A stretch of DNA of 64,000 nt from Kiritimatiellia bacterium (GTDB lineage Bacteria; Verrucomicrobiota; Kiritimatiellia; RFP12; UBA1067), in NCBI GenBank assembly GCA_050949565.1, contig JBMNFY010000017.1, positions 1,536,001 through 1,600,000 on the forward strand, read 5' to 3'. This document shows positions 35,226-45,438 of the stretch, in pieces. Position 1 is the first letter of the stretch. Each line of letters begins with the position of its first letter. A program made the translations under genes and the position numbers. The notes below the pieces were generated by a model. That model was not told where the DNA came from. It saw only the letters and a list, made by a program, of their open reading frames with translations, and searched no databases.

Positions 35226-36503
35226 ATGAAAGCATACAAGGCGCGTGTAGTCGATTCACTTCTTCAACGCAAACTTGAAGGGACAGGGGCCGTCCTAATC
35301 GAGGGGCCTAAGTGGTGTGGAAAGACAACAACCGCTGAACAGGTCGCTCAGAGCGTCATCTACATGGCAGAGCCCCAGAAGCGAGACGACAACATCGCCA
35401 TGGCGCGGATGGATCCAAGACGCATCCTGTCGGGTGCCCATCCGCGACTGATTGACGAATGGCAAATTGCTCCTGTCCTCTGGGATGCCGTCCGGCACGA
35501 TGTGGACCACGCGGAAAATCTCGGCCGTTTCATCCTCACCGGATCCTCCGTCCCGGCAAACGAAGATGAAATCAAGCATTCGGGCACGGGCCGGTTTTCC
35601 TGGCTCAAAATGCGCCCCATGTCGCTATGGGAGTCCGAAGAATCCTCCGGCGAGATTTCCCTTCACGAATTGTTCTCCGGCGCGGACGTCCAGACCGCTT
35701 CAGCAAAGTCGTTTGAATTAGAAGAGATCGCCCGAATCGTCTGCCGCGGAGGGTGGCCACAAGCCATCTCTCTTCCCGGAAATGCCGCCCTTGATCAGGC
35801 CTACAATTATGTCGATGCGGTAGCAAAGAAGGACATTTCGCGCGTTGACGGCACCACACGCGACGAGGATCGGGCGCGTCGTTTGATGCGATCATATGCT
35901 CGACTCCAGGGCACGCAGGCATCCGCGAGTGTCATCAGGGAAGATCTGTCCACGAATGAAATGACGTCCATTGACAACGGTACCATCTACTCCTACCTCA
36001 ATGCCTTGAAGCGTTTGTTCGTTGTAGAGGACATGCCTGCCTGGAACCCCAATCTTCGTGCGAAAGATTCCATCCGAACTTCCGATGCGCGCTACTTTGT
36101 CGATCCGTCGATTGCTGCGGCCGCCTTGGAAATCGGCCCGGAAGACTTGATGAACGACCTCACGACGTTCGGCCTCTTGTTTGAGACGATGGCTATTCGC
36201 GACTTGAGAGTCTACGCCGACGCCCTCGGCGGAACGGTACGCCATTATCGCGACCGTCACGGACTGGAATGCGATGCCGTGATACATTTGCGCAATGGTG
36301 CTTACGGCCTGATCGAAATCAAACTCGGAGGCGACAAGTTGCTTCAGGCGGGAACAGAAACACTGACAAAACTTGCGCGCCTGATTGATTCCAAAAAGGT
36401 CCGAAAACCGGCCTTTCAAATGCTCCTGACCGCCGTGGGAAGTTTTGCCTATCGGCGCGACGACGGCATCCTCGTCTGCCCCCTGTCGGCACTCCGCCCT
36501 TAG
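35226..36503 (+). CDS. AAA_14 ATPase with DUF4143 and C-terminal PD-(D/E)xK-like nuclease domain
   Basis: GPKWCGKTT, LIDEWQ, LTGS, RGGWP, FETM, ECDAV..IEIK. Confidence 0.9.
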   Translation: MKAYKARVVDSLLQRKLEGTGAVLIEGPKWCGKTTTAEQVAQSVIYMAEPQKRDDNIAMARMDPRRILSGAHPRLIDEWQIAPVLWDAVRHDVDHAENLGRFILTGSSVPANEDEIKHSGTGRFSWLKMRPMSLWESEESSGEISLHELFSGADVQTASAKSFELEEIARIVCRGGWPQAISLPGNAALDQAYNYVDAVAKKDISRVDGTTRDEDRARRLMRSYARLQGTQASASVIREDLSTNEMTSIDNGTIYSYLNALKRLFVVEDMPAWNPNLRAKDSIRTSDARYFVDPSIAAAALEIGPEDLMNDLTTFGLLFETMAIRDLRVYADALGGTVRHYRDRHGLECDAVIHLRNGAYGLIEIKLGGDKLLQAGTETLTKLARLIDSKKVRKPAFQMLLTAVGSFAYRRDDGILVCPLSALRP

Positions 36504-36507
36504 GAAT

Positions 36508-37137
36508 TCAGCGCTTCAGCCGCTCGCGCGCCACATCCCGTATGGGGCGGCCGCCGAGTTCGAGATCCTCGATCACCCCCAGTCCGCGCCAAACGCGCAC
36601 CACGGCCACGCCCCCTTGCTTGTCGCGTCTGCTGGCCCACTCCGCCTCTGGTGCCAGCTTTTCTTCCATGTAGAAGCGATCAAAGGGCCATGCAAAGCAG
36701 ACATGGTATCGGCCCGTTGGCACATACCGTGTGTCCTGAAAGTGCCCTGCCCGTGCGACATCGTTGGTGCCGACGGGAAGCTGACGATACTCCTCCCGGC
36801 AGGACAAGACGCGCGTTCGAATGTAGATCTCCTCCGGTTCGGGGCGTGTCGTCAGACGCGCAATCACGTTGTAGCCGTTGGTCCCCTCGCCGATGACCGC
36901 ATAAATGCGTTGTCCGCGTACATACTCGCAATCACATAACCATCTTTTGTTTTCCGCGAAGTTCAATGCCACGTAGCGGCCACGAAAAGCGTCGTAAGGA
37001 TCGACCGGTGCCGTAAGGAAACGGCAGACCACGCCGTTACGCAGCGTCATTTCACGCCGGGCAATCATAAGGCCCATGACACTGAACTGCGCCGCCAAAC
37101 CGATGAGTGCGATGATGAGCAACGAACGCCGGTTCAT
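36508..37137 (-). CDS. GDYXXLXY domain membrane-anchored protein
   Basis: PVDPYDAFRGRYVALNF and RFYMEE; usual partner of DUF2157. Confidence 0.8.
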   Translation of the reverse strand: MNRRSLLIIALIGLAAQFSVMGLMIARREMTLRNGVVCRFLTAPVDPYDAFRGRYVALNFAENKRWLCDCEYVRGQRIYAVIGEGTNGYNVIARLTTRPEPEEIYIRTRVLSCREEYRQLPVGTNDVARAGHFQDTRYVPTGRYHVCFAWPFDRFYMEEKLAPEAEWASRRDKQGGVAVVRVWRGLGVIEDLELGGRPIRDVARERLKR

Positions 37138-38486
37138 GCCGCGCCTCCCTTCTGTTTCATACGGCGCGAAACCACCAGATTGGCCCCCAGAAACACAACG
37201 CCGCAGATGATGAACACCACGCCTTTGGCCGTAAAACTGGCGTCGCTGCTGAAGAACCTGCCGATAATCACAGCCAGCAATACCAGCACCCCTACGTTGA
37301 TCGTGCCGGGGCGGCGTTTAGCCAGGCCTTCTCCCAATGTGGCCAAGCCCAGTCCGGCCAGATAAAAAGTCATGAGCAGCGCCGACAGTTGGTCGTTCCC
37401 GCCGTAGGCGGCAAGAGCATAGGCGATGGCCGTCATGAAGGGCGCGACACCCCACAATGCCCAAGCCGGCAGTAGCGGCACGCTGTGCCAGTTGCGTCTC
37501 GGTACACGCCTGAAGGCCAGCACCAGCAGGAAGGCGGCCGTTACCGGCAGTGCGATGGCGAGGCTAAAATCAAAAAATGTCGCCCATCGATGGCAGAAGG
37601 CATCCGTGCGCCAATAGTTCCACCCGATCTCTTTCCACGGCCACCGAAAGATCAGCAGGTAAAGCACCACGGCCAGACCACCGCCGCCGAGCGTCCGCAA
37701 CGGGTTATGCCACCACCCGCGTTCATCGCTATCGCGCACCTCACCCCCCAGCAGCAGCGCGGCGAATGCTCCCGTGTAGACAATCATCCAGAGCCCCGGC
37801 AGACTCTTCTCCAGCGTAATACCTAGTGCCGCCGTGCAGCAGAGGGCTGCGGTCCACAGCATCCATGTCGAACGCACCTCCGCATTGGGCTCGCACCGCA
37901 CGCTATAGATCAACGGCACGATGATCGCAGCCAGAGGCCAGTACCAGAGCCCCACACCGCCCGCTAATTGCGACATCGAGACCCAAGTCAGCAGGCCGGC
38001 GAAGTACCCCGCGACTGGTGCGAGCGCGCGGGTCGCGTAGCACACCGGAATCAACAGCAGGGTCCAGACTAGCGTGAAAGCTTTGGCATCTTGTGGCAGA
38101 TGGTAGGTCTGTCCGATCAACGCTACGCCCACACCGATGGCCAATCCCCAAAAGAGTCCCAGCGGCTCTAGGAAGGCGCGCGAACTCCATCCACGCCGAT
38201 ATCCCGCCACGTAGAGCACGGCGCACGTGCACAGCGGCATAAACGCGATGATGGTCCGCACCGGTCGCCCAAGGTCACTCCAGTTAGCCGCCAAGAGGGC
38301 AATAATGCCCAACCCCACCAGTAGTGCACCCAGCGAGCCGAAAATAATCCGTCCCCAAGGCGTCTCATTCGCTACCGCCAGCGCATAGCGCGTCCGTAAC
38401 CGCGTCGCAGTCGCCGTGTCAACGACACCTTCACGTTCCCAAGCATCAACTTCGCGTATCAACCATTTGACTTTGCTGGATGTCAC
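37134..38486 (-). CDS. DUF2157 membrane protein
   Basis: W..EGVVD, LGALLVGLGIIALLAANW, ALIGQTYHL; many TM helices. Confidence 0.85.
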   Translation of the reverse strand: MTSSKVKWLIREVDAWEREGVVDTATATRLRTRYALAVANETPWGRIIFGSLGALLVGLGIIALLAANWSDLGRPVRTIIAFMPLCTCAVLYVAGYRRGWSSRAFLEPLGLFWGLAIGVGVALIGQTYHLPQDAKAFTLVWTLLLIPVCYATRALAPVAGYFAGLLTWVSMSQLAGGVGLWYWPLAAIIVPLIYSVRCEPNAEVRSTWMLWTAALCCTAALGITLEKSLPGLWMIVYTGAFAALLLGGEVRDSDERGWWHNPLRTLGGGGLAVVLYLLIFRWPWKEIGWNYWRTDAFCHRWATFFDFSLAIALPVTAAFLLVLAFRRVPRRNWHSVPLLPAWALWGVAPFMTAIAYALAAYGGNDQLSALLMTFYLAGLGLATLGEGLAKRRPGTINVGVLVLLAVIIGRFFSSDASFTAKGVVFIICGVVFLGANLVVSRRMKQKGGAA

Positions 38487-38572
38487 GAGTCACTCCTTGC
38501 TTGTCATGCAGGTAGGGTATCCCGCTGACCGTTCACAGTCAATCTGATTCGTTTGCGATTTAGCTTTCAAAA

Positions 38573-38614
38573 CTAACCCGAAGCTAACACAATGCAAACG
38601 TTTCTGAAGTAACA
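38573..38614 (+). promoter_or_regulatory. possible Pho-box-like 11-bp-spaced repeats upstream of ppx-ppk1
   Basis: CTAACC (38573), CTAACA (38584) and CAAACG (38595) at 11-bp spacing; GTAACA at 38609. Confidence 0.3.
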
Positions 38615-38631
38615 TTACTCGCACACACACG

Positions 38632-40227
38632 ATGAAAAAGAACAGCAACACAGTGGAAGAGGCGGTGGTACCGACCACGATCGCCGTCATTGACATAGGC
38701 GCGACCTTCATACGGATGTTGATCGCGGAGAAGCGCGACACCAAGGAGGCGTATATCCTCGAGAAGACCGTGCAGTCGGTGCCCATAGGGCGCGATATCA
38801 TCGCCTCGCGCAGAATATCGAACGCCACCGTGGAACAATGCGCACAGATCCTCAAATCGTTCCGCAAGCTGCTCGACGAGTACGGCATCCCGTTGGAGTC
38901 GGTCACCGCTGTGGCTACGCCGACGCTGAACATGGCCGACAACAGCGCGGTCTTCCTCGACAGGCTGGCGAACACCTCGCACATCGCTTTCCGTCTGCTT
39001 GATCCGGGACAGATCGGCTACTACTACCATCTGGCGTTCCGCAGGCTTGGCAAGGGCAAGGGCGGAAGCAACCACGACAAGGGAGAAGCCGTGGTACTCG
39101 AAATCGGTGGCCTGACCTGTAGCATGCTGTGCCGTAAGGAAGGCGAGATCCGCTTCGTGCAGACATACAGCCTGGGCTCGCTACGGATGCGTCAGCAGAT
39201 GGAGCAGGGCGACTTCCGTCCGCAGCAACTCATCGCGCTTGCCGATGGACGAACGCATGAGATCGCAGAGCAACTGCGCAACAACGTGGATGACATCAAA
39301 TCCTTCAAGCTGTTCCTGATGGGGCGCGAGATGCGCTTCGCGGGCGCACGCCTACGTCCCAGCCCAAACAACGCTGTCGAACTTGATCCGACCGCCGGTG
39401 TAATCTCGGTCACCGTGGATGAACTTAGTGCATTGCTCAAGCAGATCGAGAATTCGTCCACGGAGGAGATTGTGCGTGAGTGGCGCGTCTCCTACGCAGA
39501 CGCCGAGCTGATCGCGCCGGCGCTGAGCATCGCCATATCTGCGGCGCGCGCCGTGTCGATCAAATCGGTCTACATCAGCAGCCTCTCCTTCTGCCACGGA
39601 CTCCTCGAAGAGGCCGTGGACGGCACGCTGTGGACCAACACCATGCGCAAGCATGTGCTGCGCGTCGCCAGAGCCACAGGCAGAAAATATCAACATGACG
39701 TCAACCATGCGGAGCAAGTGGCGAAGCTCTCGCTCCAACTCTTTGACCTGCTACAAGAGGAGCACGGCTGCACGCAACGCCATCGCCTGATCCTTGAGGT
39801 CGCCGCGTTGCTGCACGACATCGGCGCATTCGTGAGCGCGAATTCCCACCACATCCACACGATGTACCTGATCCGCAACACCGAGTTCGCGGGCCTCTCC
39901 TCGGAAGAGATCGAACTCATCGCCGTTGTCGCGCGCTACCACCGTAAGTCCATGCCGAAGGCCAGCCATCCGGAGTACGCCGCACTCTCGCCTGAGGACA
40001 GGCTGGTTGTCAGCAAGCTCGCCGCCATATTGCGCGTCGCCGACGCGCTTGACCGCGTACACGATCAGAGCCTCGGCAAAATCAAGTTCAAACTCAGCGA
40101 GACATCACTCGTCTGTATCCCGTCGCGCCGCGTGGCGACCAGTGCGGAACAGGTGGCCCTTTCTGAGAAGGGCGATCTTTTCGAGGTGATGTACGGACGC
40201 CACTGCTACCTTTACGATCCGGAATAA
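38632..40227 (+). CDS. ppx: Ppx/GppA-family protein with C-terminal HD domain
   Basis: IDIG, AVAT, LGSLR, HAEQV, LLHDIG, ARYHRK, LRVADALD. Confidence 0.85.
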   Translation: MKKNSNTVEEAVVPTTIAVIDIGATFIRMLIAEKRDTKEAYILEKTVQSVPIGRDIIASRRISNATVEQCAQILKSFRKLLDEYGIPLESVTAVATPTLNMADNSAVFLDRLANTSHIAFRLLDPGQIGYYYHLAFRRLGKGKGGSNHDKGEAVVLEIGGLTCSMLCRKEGEIRFVQTYSLGSLRMRQQMEQGDFRPQQLIALADGRTHEIAEQLRNNVDDIKSFKLFLMGREMRFAGARLRPSPNNAVELDPTAGVISVTVDELSALLKQIENSSTEEIVREWRVSYADAELIAPALSIAISAARAVSIKSVYISSLSFCHGLLEEAVDGTLWTNTMRKHVLRVARATGRKYQHDVNHAEQVAKLSLQLFDLLQEEHGCTQRHRLILEVAALLHDIGAFVSANSHHIHTMYLIRNTEFAGLSSEEIELIAVVARYHRKSMPKASHPEYAALSPEDRLVVSKLAAILRVADALDRVHDQSLGKIKFKLSETSLVCIPSRRVATSAEQVALSEKGDLFEVMYGRHCYLYDPE

Positions 40228-40245
40228 TCCAAACGGTGCCATGCG

Positions 40246-42411
40246 ATGAAGAAGACACAGAAAAAAAAGAAAACCGCGCCCGCAACACCAGACGCCTATG
40301 AGTTCCTGAACCGGGAACTCAGTTGGCTTGAGTTCAACCAGCGTGTGCTTCTCGAGGCATGCAACCCGAAGGTGCCGTTGCTCGAGCGCCTGAAATTTCT
40401 CTCCATCACTGCCTCGAATCTGGACGAGTTCTGCATGGTCCGCGTCGGCGGGCTCAAGATGCTGGTCGCGGCCAACATCCGCCGCACTGATCCTTCCGGC
40501 ATGACGCCGCGCCAGCAGCTTGTCGCTTTCACGCGCCGCATGCGCAAGATGGTGGCGGATCAGTACGAGTTGCTTGAGGTCCTCTCGAAGGAGCTTGCCA
40601 AGCACGGCTTTGTCATACAGGAAAGTGTGGAGGATCTCTCTGACGAGCAGCGCAAATGGCTCGAGCGCGAGTTCATGGACAACATTTTCCCGCTGCTCTC
40701 ACCTGTCGGCGTGGGCGAGGAGCGTCCCTTCCGCCCAGCAGGGCTACTGTCGCATTGCGTGGCCACGCTTGCTCCAACCACACCGGACGAAGCCTCGCGT
40801 ATGGTCTTCATCCCGCTGGGACCGAAACTCCCGCGCTTCATCAGAATCCCCGACGCTGACGGCCGCGCCGTCTTCATCCCGATCGAACAGGTCGTGGCGT
40901 GGCAGGTCGCCGCAGTCGTGGAGGGTCAGTCGGTTGTCGAATGCGTGCCGTTCAGGGTCACGCGCAACGCTGACATCGAACTGCGTGAGGATTTGTCATC
41001 CGACCTGCTCGCCGGCATGCAGGAGCTGCTCGACGACCGCCGCGAGACGGAGTGTATCCGCCTTGAGATCCACTGCCGCGCCACACGCGCGCTCGTGGGC
41101 GCGATGAAACAACAGCTTGGCCTCGAACAGGCGGATGTCTATTTAGTGGACGGCCCCGTGGAGCTGCGCAGTCTCATGTCGGTCACTCAGACAGACGGCT
41201 TTGAAGACCTGCGCGACGAGCCATGGGAACCGGTTCCCTCGCCGGATGTGGACATCAAGGAGTCCATGTTCCCACAGATCGCGCAAGGCGACATTCTGCT
41301 CGTGCATCCCTACGATTCATTCGACCCCGTCGTAAAACTCCTCAACGACGCCGCCGATGACCCGCAGGTATTGGCGATCAAGCAGGTGCTCTACCGTACC
41401 GCCTCGCAGAGCGCGATCGTGGAGGCGCTCATCCGCGCCGCACAGGTCGGCAAGCACGTCACCGTACTCATCGAGTTGAAGGCCCGTTTCGACGAAGCGC
41501 GAAACATCTCACAGGCGCGCAGGCTCGAACTCGCGGGCGCACATGTCGTCTACGGCGTGCGTTCGCTCAAGACACACGCGAAAATCTGTCTCGTTGTCCG
41601 GCGCGAGCCGCAGGGCATCGTGCGCTATGTGCACTTTGGCACCGGCAACTACAACGAAAAGACGGCCACGCTGTACAGCGACGTCGGGCTCTTCACCTGC
41701 CGCAACGACTTTGGCGCGGATGCCTCCGACGTCTTCAACGCCATCACTGGCTACTCCCAGCCGCAATCGCTGCGTCGCCTTGAGGTGGCCCCTTTCTCGA
41801 TCCGCTCCACCATCCTTGCGCTCATCGCCAACGAGGCCGAACGTGCCCGCAACAATGAAAAAGCCGAGATCACGATGAAAATGAACTCGCTCAGCGACAA
41901 GGGTATCATCGCCGCCCTCTACAGCGCTTCCAAGGCCGGTGTGAAGATCAGGCTGAACATCCGCGGCATTTGTTGCCTCAAGCCCGGCGTCCCGGGCATG
42001 AGCGAAAACATCACCGTTGTCAGCATCGTGGACTACTACCTTGAGCACGCCCGTATTTTCCGCTTCCGCAACGGCGGCCTGGATGACCTCTACATCTCCA
42101 GTGCCGACATGATGACGCGCAACCTCGACAAGCGCATCGAACTCATGATTCCTGTGCTCGCACCCGGTCCGCGAAAAAAACTTCTCGCGACCCTCGATGT
42201 TTACTTTACCGACTGCGTAAAAGCGCGTACTCTTTGCGCGGACGGTGAGTACCGTCCTGTCGCCGCGCGCGGCAAGGAGAAACCCATCAGAGCCCAGGAG
42301 GAGCTTTACAGGCGGGCCAAAGCCGCCGCCAGCCTCAAGGAGCAGACGAAGCCCACGATGCTTGAGCCCCACCACCGGAAACGCAACCCGCAAACGGACG
42401 TAAAACTTTGA
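40246..42411 (+). CDS. ppk1: polyphosphate kinase 1
   Basis: NRELSWLEFNQRVL, SNLDEF, HPYDSF, ELKARFDE, KTHAK, TGNYN, LEHARI, SADMMTRNL. Confidence 0.97.
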   Translation: MKKTQKKKKTAPATPDAYEFLNRELSWLEFNQRVLLEACNPKVPLLERLKFLSITASNLDEFCMVRVGGLKMLVAANIRRTDPSGMTPRQQLVAFTRRMRKMVADQYELLEVLSKELAKHGFVIQESVEDLSDEQRKWLEREFMDNIFPLLSPVGVGEERPFRPAGLLSHCVATLAPTTPDEASRMVFIPLGPKLPRFIRIPDADGRAVFIPIEQVVAWQVAAVVEGQSVVECVPFRVTRNADIELREDLSSDLLAGMQELLDDRRETECIRLEIHCRATRALVGAMKQQLGLEQADVYLVDGPVELRSLMSVTQTDGFEDLRDEPWEPVPSPDVDIKESMFPQIAQGDILLVHPYDSFDPVVKLLNDAADDPQVLAIKQVLYRTASQSAIVEALIRAAQVGKHVTVLIELKARFDEARNISQARRLELAGAHVVYGVRSLKTHAKICLVVRREPQGIVRYVHFGTGNYNEKTATLYSDVGLFTCRNDFGADASDVFNAITGYSQPQSLRRLEVAPFSIRSTILALIANEAERARNNEKAEITMKMNSLSDKGIIAALYSASKAGVKIRLNIRGICCLKPGVPGMSENITVVSIVDYYLEHARIFRFRNGGLDDLYISSADMMTRNLDKRIELMIPVLAPGPRKKLLATLDVYFTDCVKARTLCADGEYRPVAARGKEKPIRAQEELYRRAKAAASLKEQTKPTMLEPHHRKRNPQTDVKL

Positions 42412-43589
42412 GTAACGACAACAAGAAACAAAATGGTAAAACGGCACGCAGCATCGGCATCCTGACCGCAGGTGGCGACTGCCCAGGTCTCAACGCCGCC
42501 ATCCGCGCGGTGGCCAAATCGGCCATGCACTACGGCATCCAAGTCGTCGGTTTCCTTGACGGCTTCCGCGGCCTCGTTGAAAACCGCTACATCCCGCTCG
42601 AAGACCGTACCGTGAGCGGCATCATCACGCTCGGCGGCACGATCCTCGGATCAAGCCGCGACAAGCCGCATAAGATGGATATGGGGGGCACCATCATGGA
42701 TATGACCGATGTCGCCGTGGCCAACGCCGACAGGCTCAACCTCGACTGCCTCGTGTGCCTCGGCGGTAACGGCACGCAGAAAAACGCCTACCGCCTCTCG
42801 CAAAAGGGCCTCAACATCATCACGCTACCGAAAACGATCGACAACGACGTCGTCCTGACCGACACCTGCTTTGGCTACGACACCGCCAAATCGATCGCAA
42901 CCGAGGCTATCGACCGCCTCCACACCACCGCAAGCAGCCACCACCGTCTCATCGCCGTCGAAATCATGGGGCATTCCGCTGGCTGGCTGGCGCTCGGCGC
43001 CGGTATCGCGGGCGGTGCCGACGTCATCCTAATTCCAGAAATCAAATATGACATCCACGCCGTCGCCGATTTCATCAACACCCGCCGCCACCGTGGCAAG
43101 CGCTTCTCCATCGTCGCCGTGGCCGAAGGAGCCATCGCCATCGACGATCAGCCCGAAGACGAGGATGAAGAGGACAGCGACCCCAAGCCGCAGAAGAAAA
43201 ACGGCAAGAAAAAGAACGGTGAAGCCAACGGTAACACCCCCGTAAAGCTACCACAGAAGCCTCGTATGATACGCGAATCCAAGGTTAGCCGCATCGTCCG
43301 TGACCTCCAGCAACTCACCGGCATCGATGCGCGCATGACCCAGCTCGGCCACATCCAGCGCGGCGGCACCCCTACCCCGGCCGACCGGCTGCTCTGTACC
43401 CGGCTCGGTGCAATGGCCGGCGAACTCATCGACGCCCGCGAGTACAACGTGATGGTCGCCGTGCGCGGTGACGATTGCGTCGCCGTGCCTCTTGAGGATG
43501 TCGCCGGGCACGTTCGCACCGTGCCGCAGGACCACCCTTGGATCAAGACCGCGCGCCTCCTCGGTACCTGCATGGGCGATGCATCCTGA
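42408..43589 (+). CDS. pfkA: 6-phosphofructokinase (group III / mixed-substrate type)
   Basis: GGDCPGLNA, GGTILGSSR, GGNGT, PKTIDND, EIMG, LGHIQRGG; TTG start overlaps the ppk1 stop. Confidence 0.92.
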   Translation: MSNDNKKQNGKTARSIGILTAGGDCPGLNAAIRAVAKSAMHYGIQVVGFLDGFRGLVENRYIPLEDRTVSGIITLGGTILGSSRDKPHKMDMGGTIMDMTDVAVANADRLNLDCLVCLGGNGTQKNAYRLSQKGLNIITLPKTIDNDVVLTDTCFGYDTAKSIATEAIDRLHTTASSHHRLIAVEIMGHSAGWLALGAGIAGGADVILIPEIKYDIHAVADFINTRRHRGKRFSIVAVAEGAIAIDDQPEDEDEEDSDPKPQKKNGKKKNGEANGNTPVKLPQKPRMIRESKVSRIVRDLQQLTGIDARMTQLGHIQRGGTPTPADRLLCTRLGAMAGELIDAREYNVMVAVRGDDCVAVPLEDVAGHVRTVPQDHPWIKTARLLGTCMGDAS

Positions 43590-43720
43590 ATCGCGTCCCG
43601 ATGTGATTCCGATGTTGCGGCAACGGCGGAGCTACGGTATGATGGGGGGCATTTGTTGGTTTCCCTGAAATAAAAAGTCGGCCGGGTGGTCGACGCAGGG
43701 GACGCGAGGTGTTGCTTGCC

Positions 43721-44881
43721 ATGATTCGCATTCAGATTACCTGCCTGTGCGCAGTGTGCGTTCTGCTGGCGTCCGGTTGCGGTTCGGACTCCGGACAAAG
43801 CGCGTTGCGCCGCGGCATGGCCGCCTTCGGTGAGAAGAACTACCCCGAAGCGATCACCCACTTGACGCTCGCCTCGCAACGCATCACAGACTCACCGGAT
43901 CTTTACTATCACCTCGGCTGCGCCCACCTGCTCAAGGGCGAGCTGGATCCCGCCGCTGCTGCCTTCAAGGCCGCGTTCGATCTGGATCCGAAGCATGGCG
44001 AAACCCTTGCCGGGCTCGGCCAGCTTGCCTACTACACCAAGGAGCTGCCCAAAGCCCAGATCTTCTTCCGTCAGGCACTGGAAGCAGAAACCACCAGCGA
44101 TGAGTCGCGCGCCAGCATCCTCACCGGCCTGGCGCTGACCGAAGCCGCGCTCCGCCGCAACGATCAGGCGCGCCTCTGCCTGCTACGCGCCCAGCAGACC
44201 GACCGGCGCTACGCACCCGCGTTCTACAATCTCGGCGCCCTCTATCTGAATGTCTACTCGCTGCGTGAAGAGGCGCTCGATCAGTTCGAACTCTTCGTGC
44301 GCCTCACCGACGCCTCCGACCCCTATCAAGAAAAGGCGCGCAACCAGATCACCCGTCTGCGCGCCGCGCTGAACCGCGCTAAGGCCGAAGAGCTTGATCG
44401 TGTGCGCCGTGACCCCGACCTCGCTGCACGCCGCCTGCATGAAGGGATCGACGCCCAGTGTGCGCGACAGTTCACCAAGGCGATCAGATGCTACCGCGAA
44501 GCGCTAAATGCCGACCCGCTGGCTTTTAACGCCGCCTTCGGTCTGGGCAAGCTCTACCGCGACCAGAAACAACCAGCCGAGGCGCTGGAGGCCTTCAAAC
44601 GCGCCGCTGCCATCAATCCCGTCCATCAGGACAGTCTGCTTCAGGCCGCCGTCCTGGCGGTGCAGCTCAGGCGTTATGATGAAGCCGAACGTATTCTCGA
44701 TCTTGCCATCGCGCGATCTCCCTTCACCCCGGAAAGCGCCGATCTCATGGCCCGTATCCGTCACGCTCAAGGACGTTACGCCGAGGCACGCGCCTACGGC
44801 CAGTTCTATCTCTCATTGCTACGTCCCGATGCAGAAGGACGTGATGCCTACGAAAAGTGGGTCAACGCGCTACCGAAATAA
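43721..44881 (+). CDS. tetratricopeptide repeat protein, probable lipoprotein
   Basis: LASGC lipobox-like segment; multiple TPR patterns. Confidence 0.8.
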   Translation: MIRIQITCLCAVCVLLASGCGSDSGQSALRRGMAAFGEKNYPEAITHLTLASQRITDSPDLYYHLGCAHLLKGELDPAAAAFKAAFDLDPKHGETLAGLGQLAYYTKELPKAQIFFRQALEAETTSDESRASILTGLALTEAALRRNDQARLCLLRAQQTDRRYAPAFYNLGALYLNVYSLREEALDQFELFVRLTDASDPYQEKARNQITRLRAALNRAKAEELDRVRRDPDLAARRLHEGIDAQCARQFTKAIRCYREALNADPLAFNAAFGLGKLYRDQKQPAEALEAFKRAAAINPVHQDSLLQAAVLAVQLRRYDEAERILDLAIARSPFTPESADLMARIRHAQGRYAEARAYGQFYLSLLRPDAEGRDAYEKWVNALPK

Positions 44882-44895
44882 CCAAGGAGCCTCCC

Positions 44896-45438
44896 ATGCC
44901 TGCCTTTTTAGCCCAGATGTCGCTGCTTGATTACCTGGCGTTTGGCGCTGTCGCCTGGCTGGTGATCCGCGGCTTTATGCGTGGTTGTTCTGGCGAACTT
45001 AGCGGCTTGGTCGGCCTGCTGGCCGCCGCCGCGATCGGCTACTTCGGTTTCGCGCCGCTCGAACGCACCATACTGGCTGCCAAACTGCTCGCCGCCAACC
45101 CCTACGCTGCGCGGCTGATCACCTTCATGTTGATCCTCGTGGCCTGCTTCTCCGTCTGGCTAATCATCGCCCGCACGCTGAAAGATGCGCTGGAGCTGGT
45201 TGTGGGACAACCCTTCGATGCGCTGCTCGGTGGCATCATCGGTGGCACCAAGGCCTTTGTTGCCATCGCCGTACTCTGCACCCTCGGCCTACTCAACCCA
45301 CGCGAGGCTGATCGCGCCCGCCTGAAAGACCAGTCGGTTACCGTCAAAAAATTCGCCCCGCTACTCCAGCGTATTACCACGCCGGCCCAAGGCTCGTCCG
45401 ACGAGGCATTCAGAGAGAAGCGCCAGTTGGAGGAGTGA
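44896..45438 (+). CDS. CvpA family membrane protein
   Basis: LD..RGFMRG...E and D.LLGGIIG patterns; AAGGAG RBS. Confidence 0.8.
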   Translation: MPAFLAQMSLLDYLAFGAVAWLVIRGFMRGCSGELSGLVGLLAAAAIGYFGFAPLERTILAAKLLAANPYAARLITFMLILVACFSVWLIIARTLKDALELVVGQPFDALLGGIIGGTKAFVAIAVLCTLGLLNPREADRARLKDQSVTVKKFAPLLQRITTPAQGSSDEAFREKRQLEE

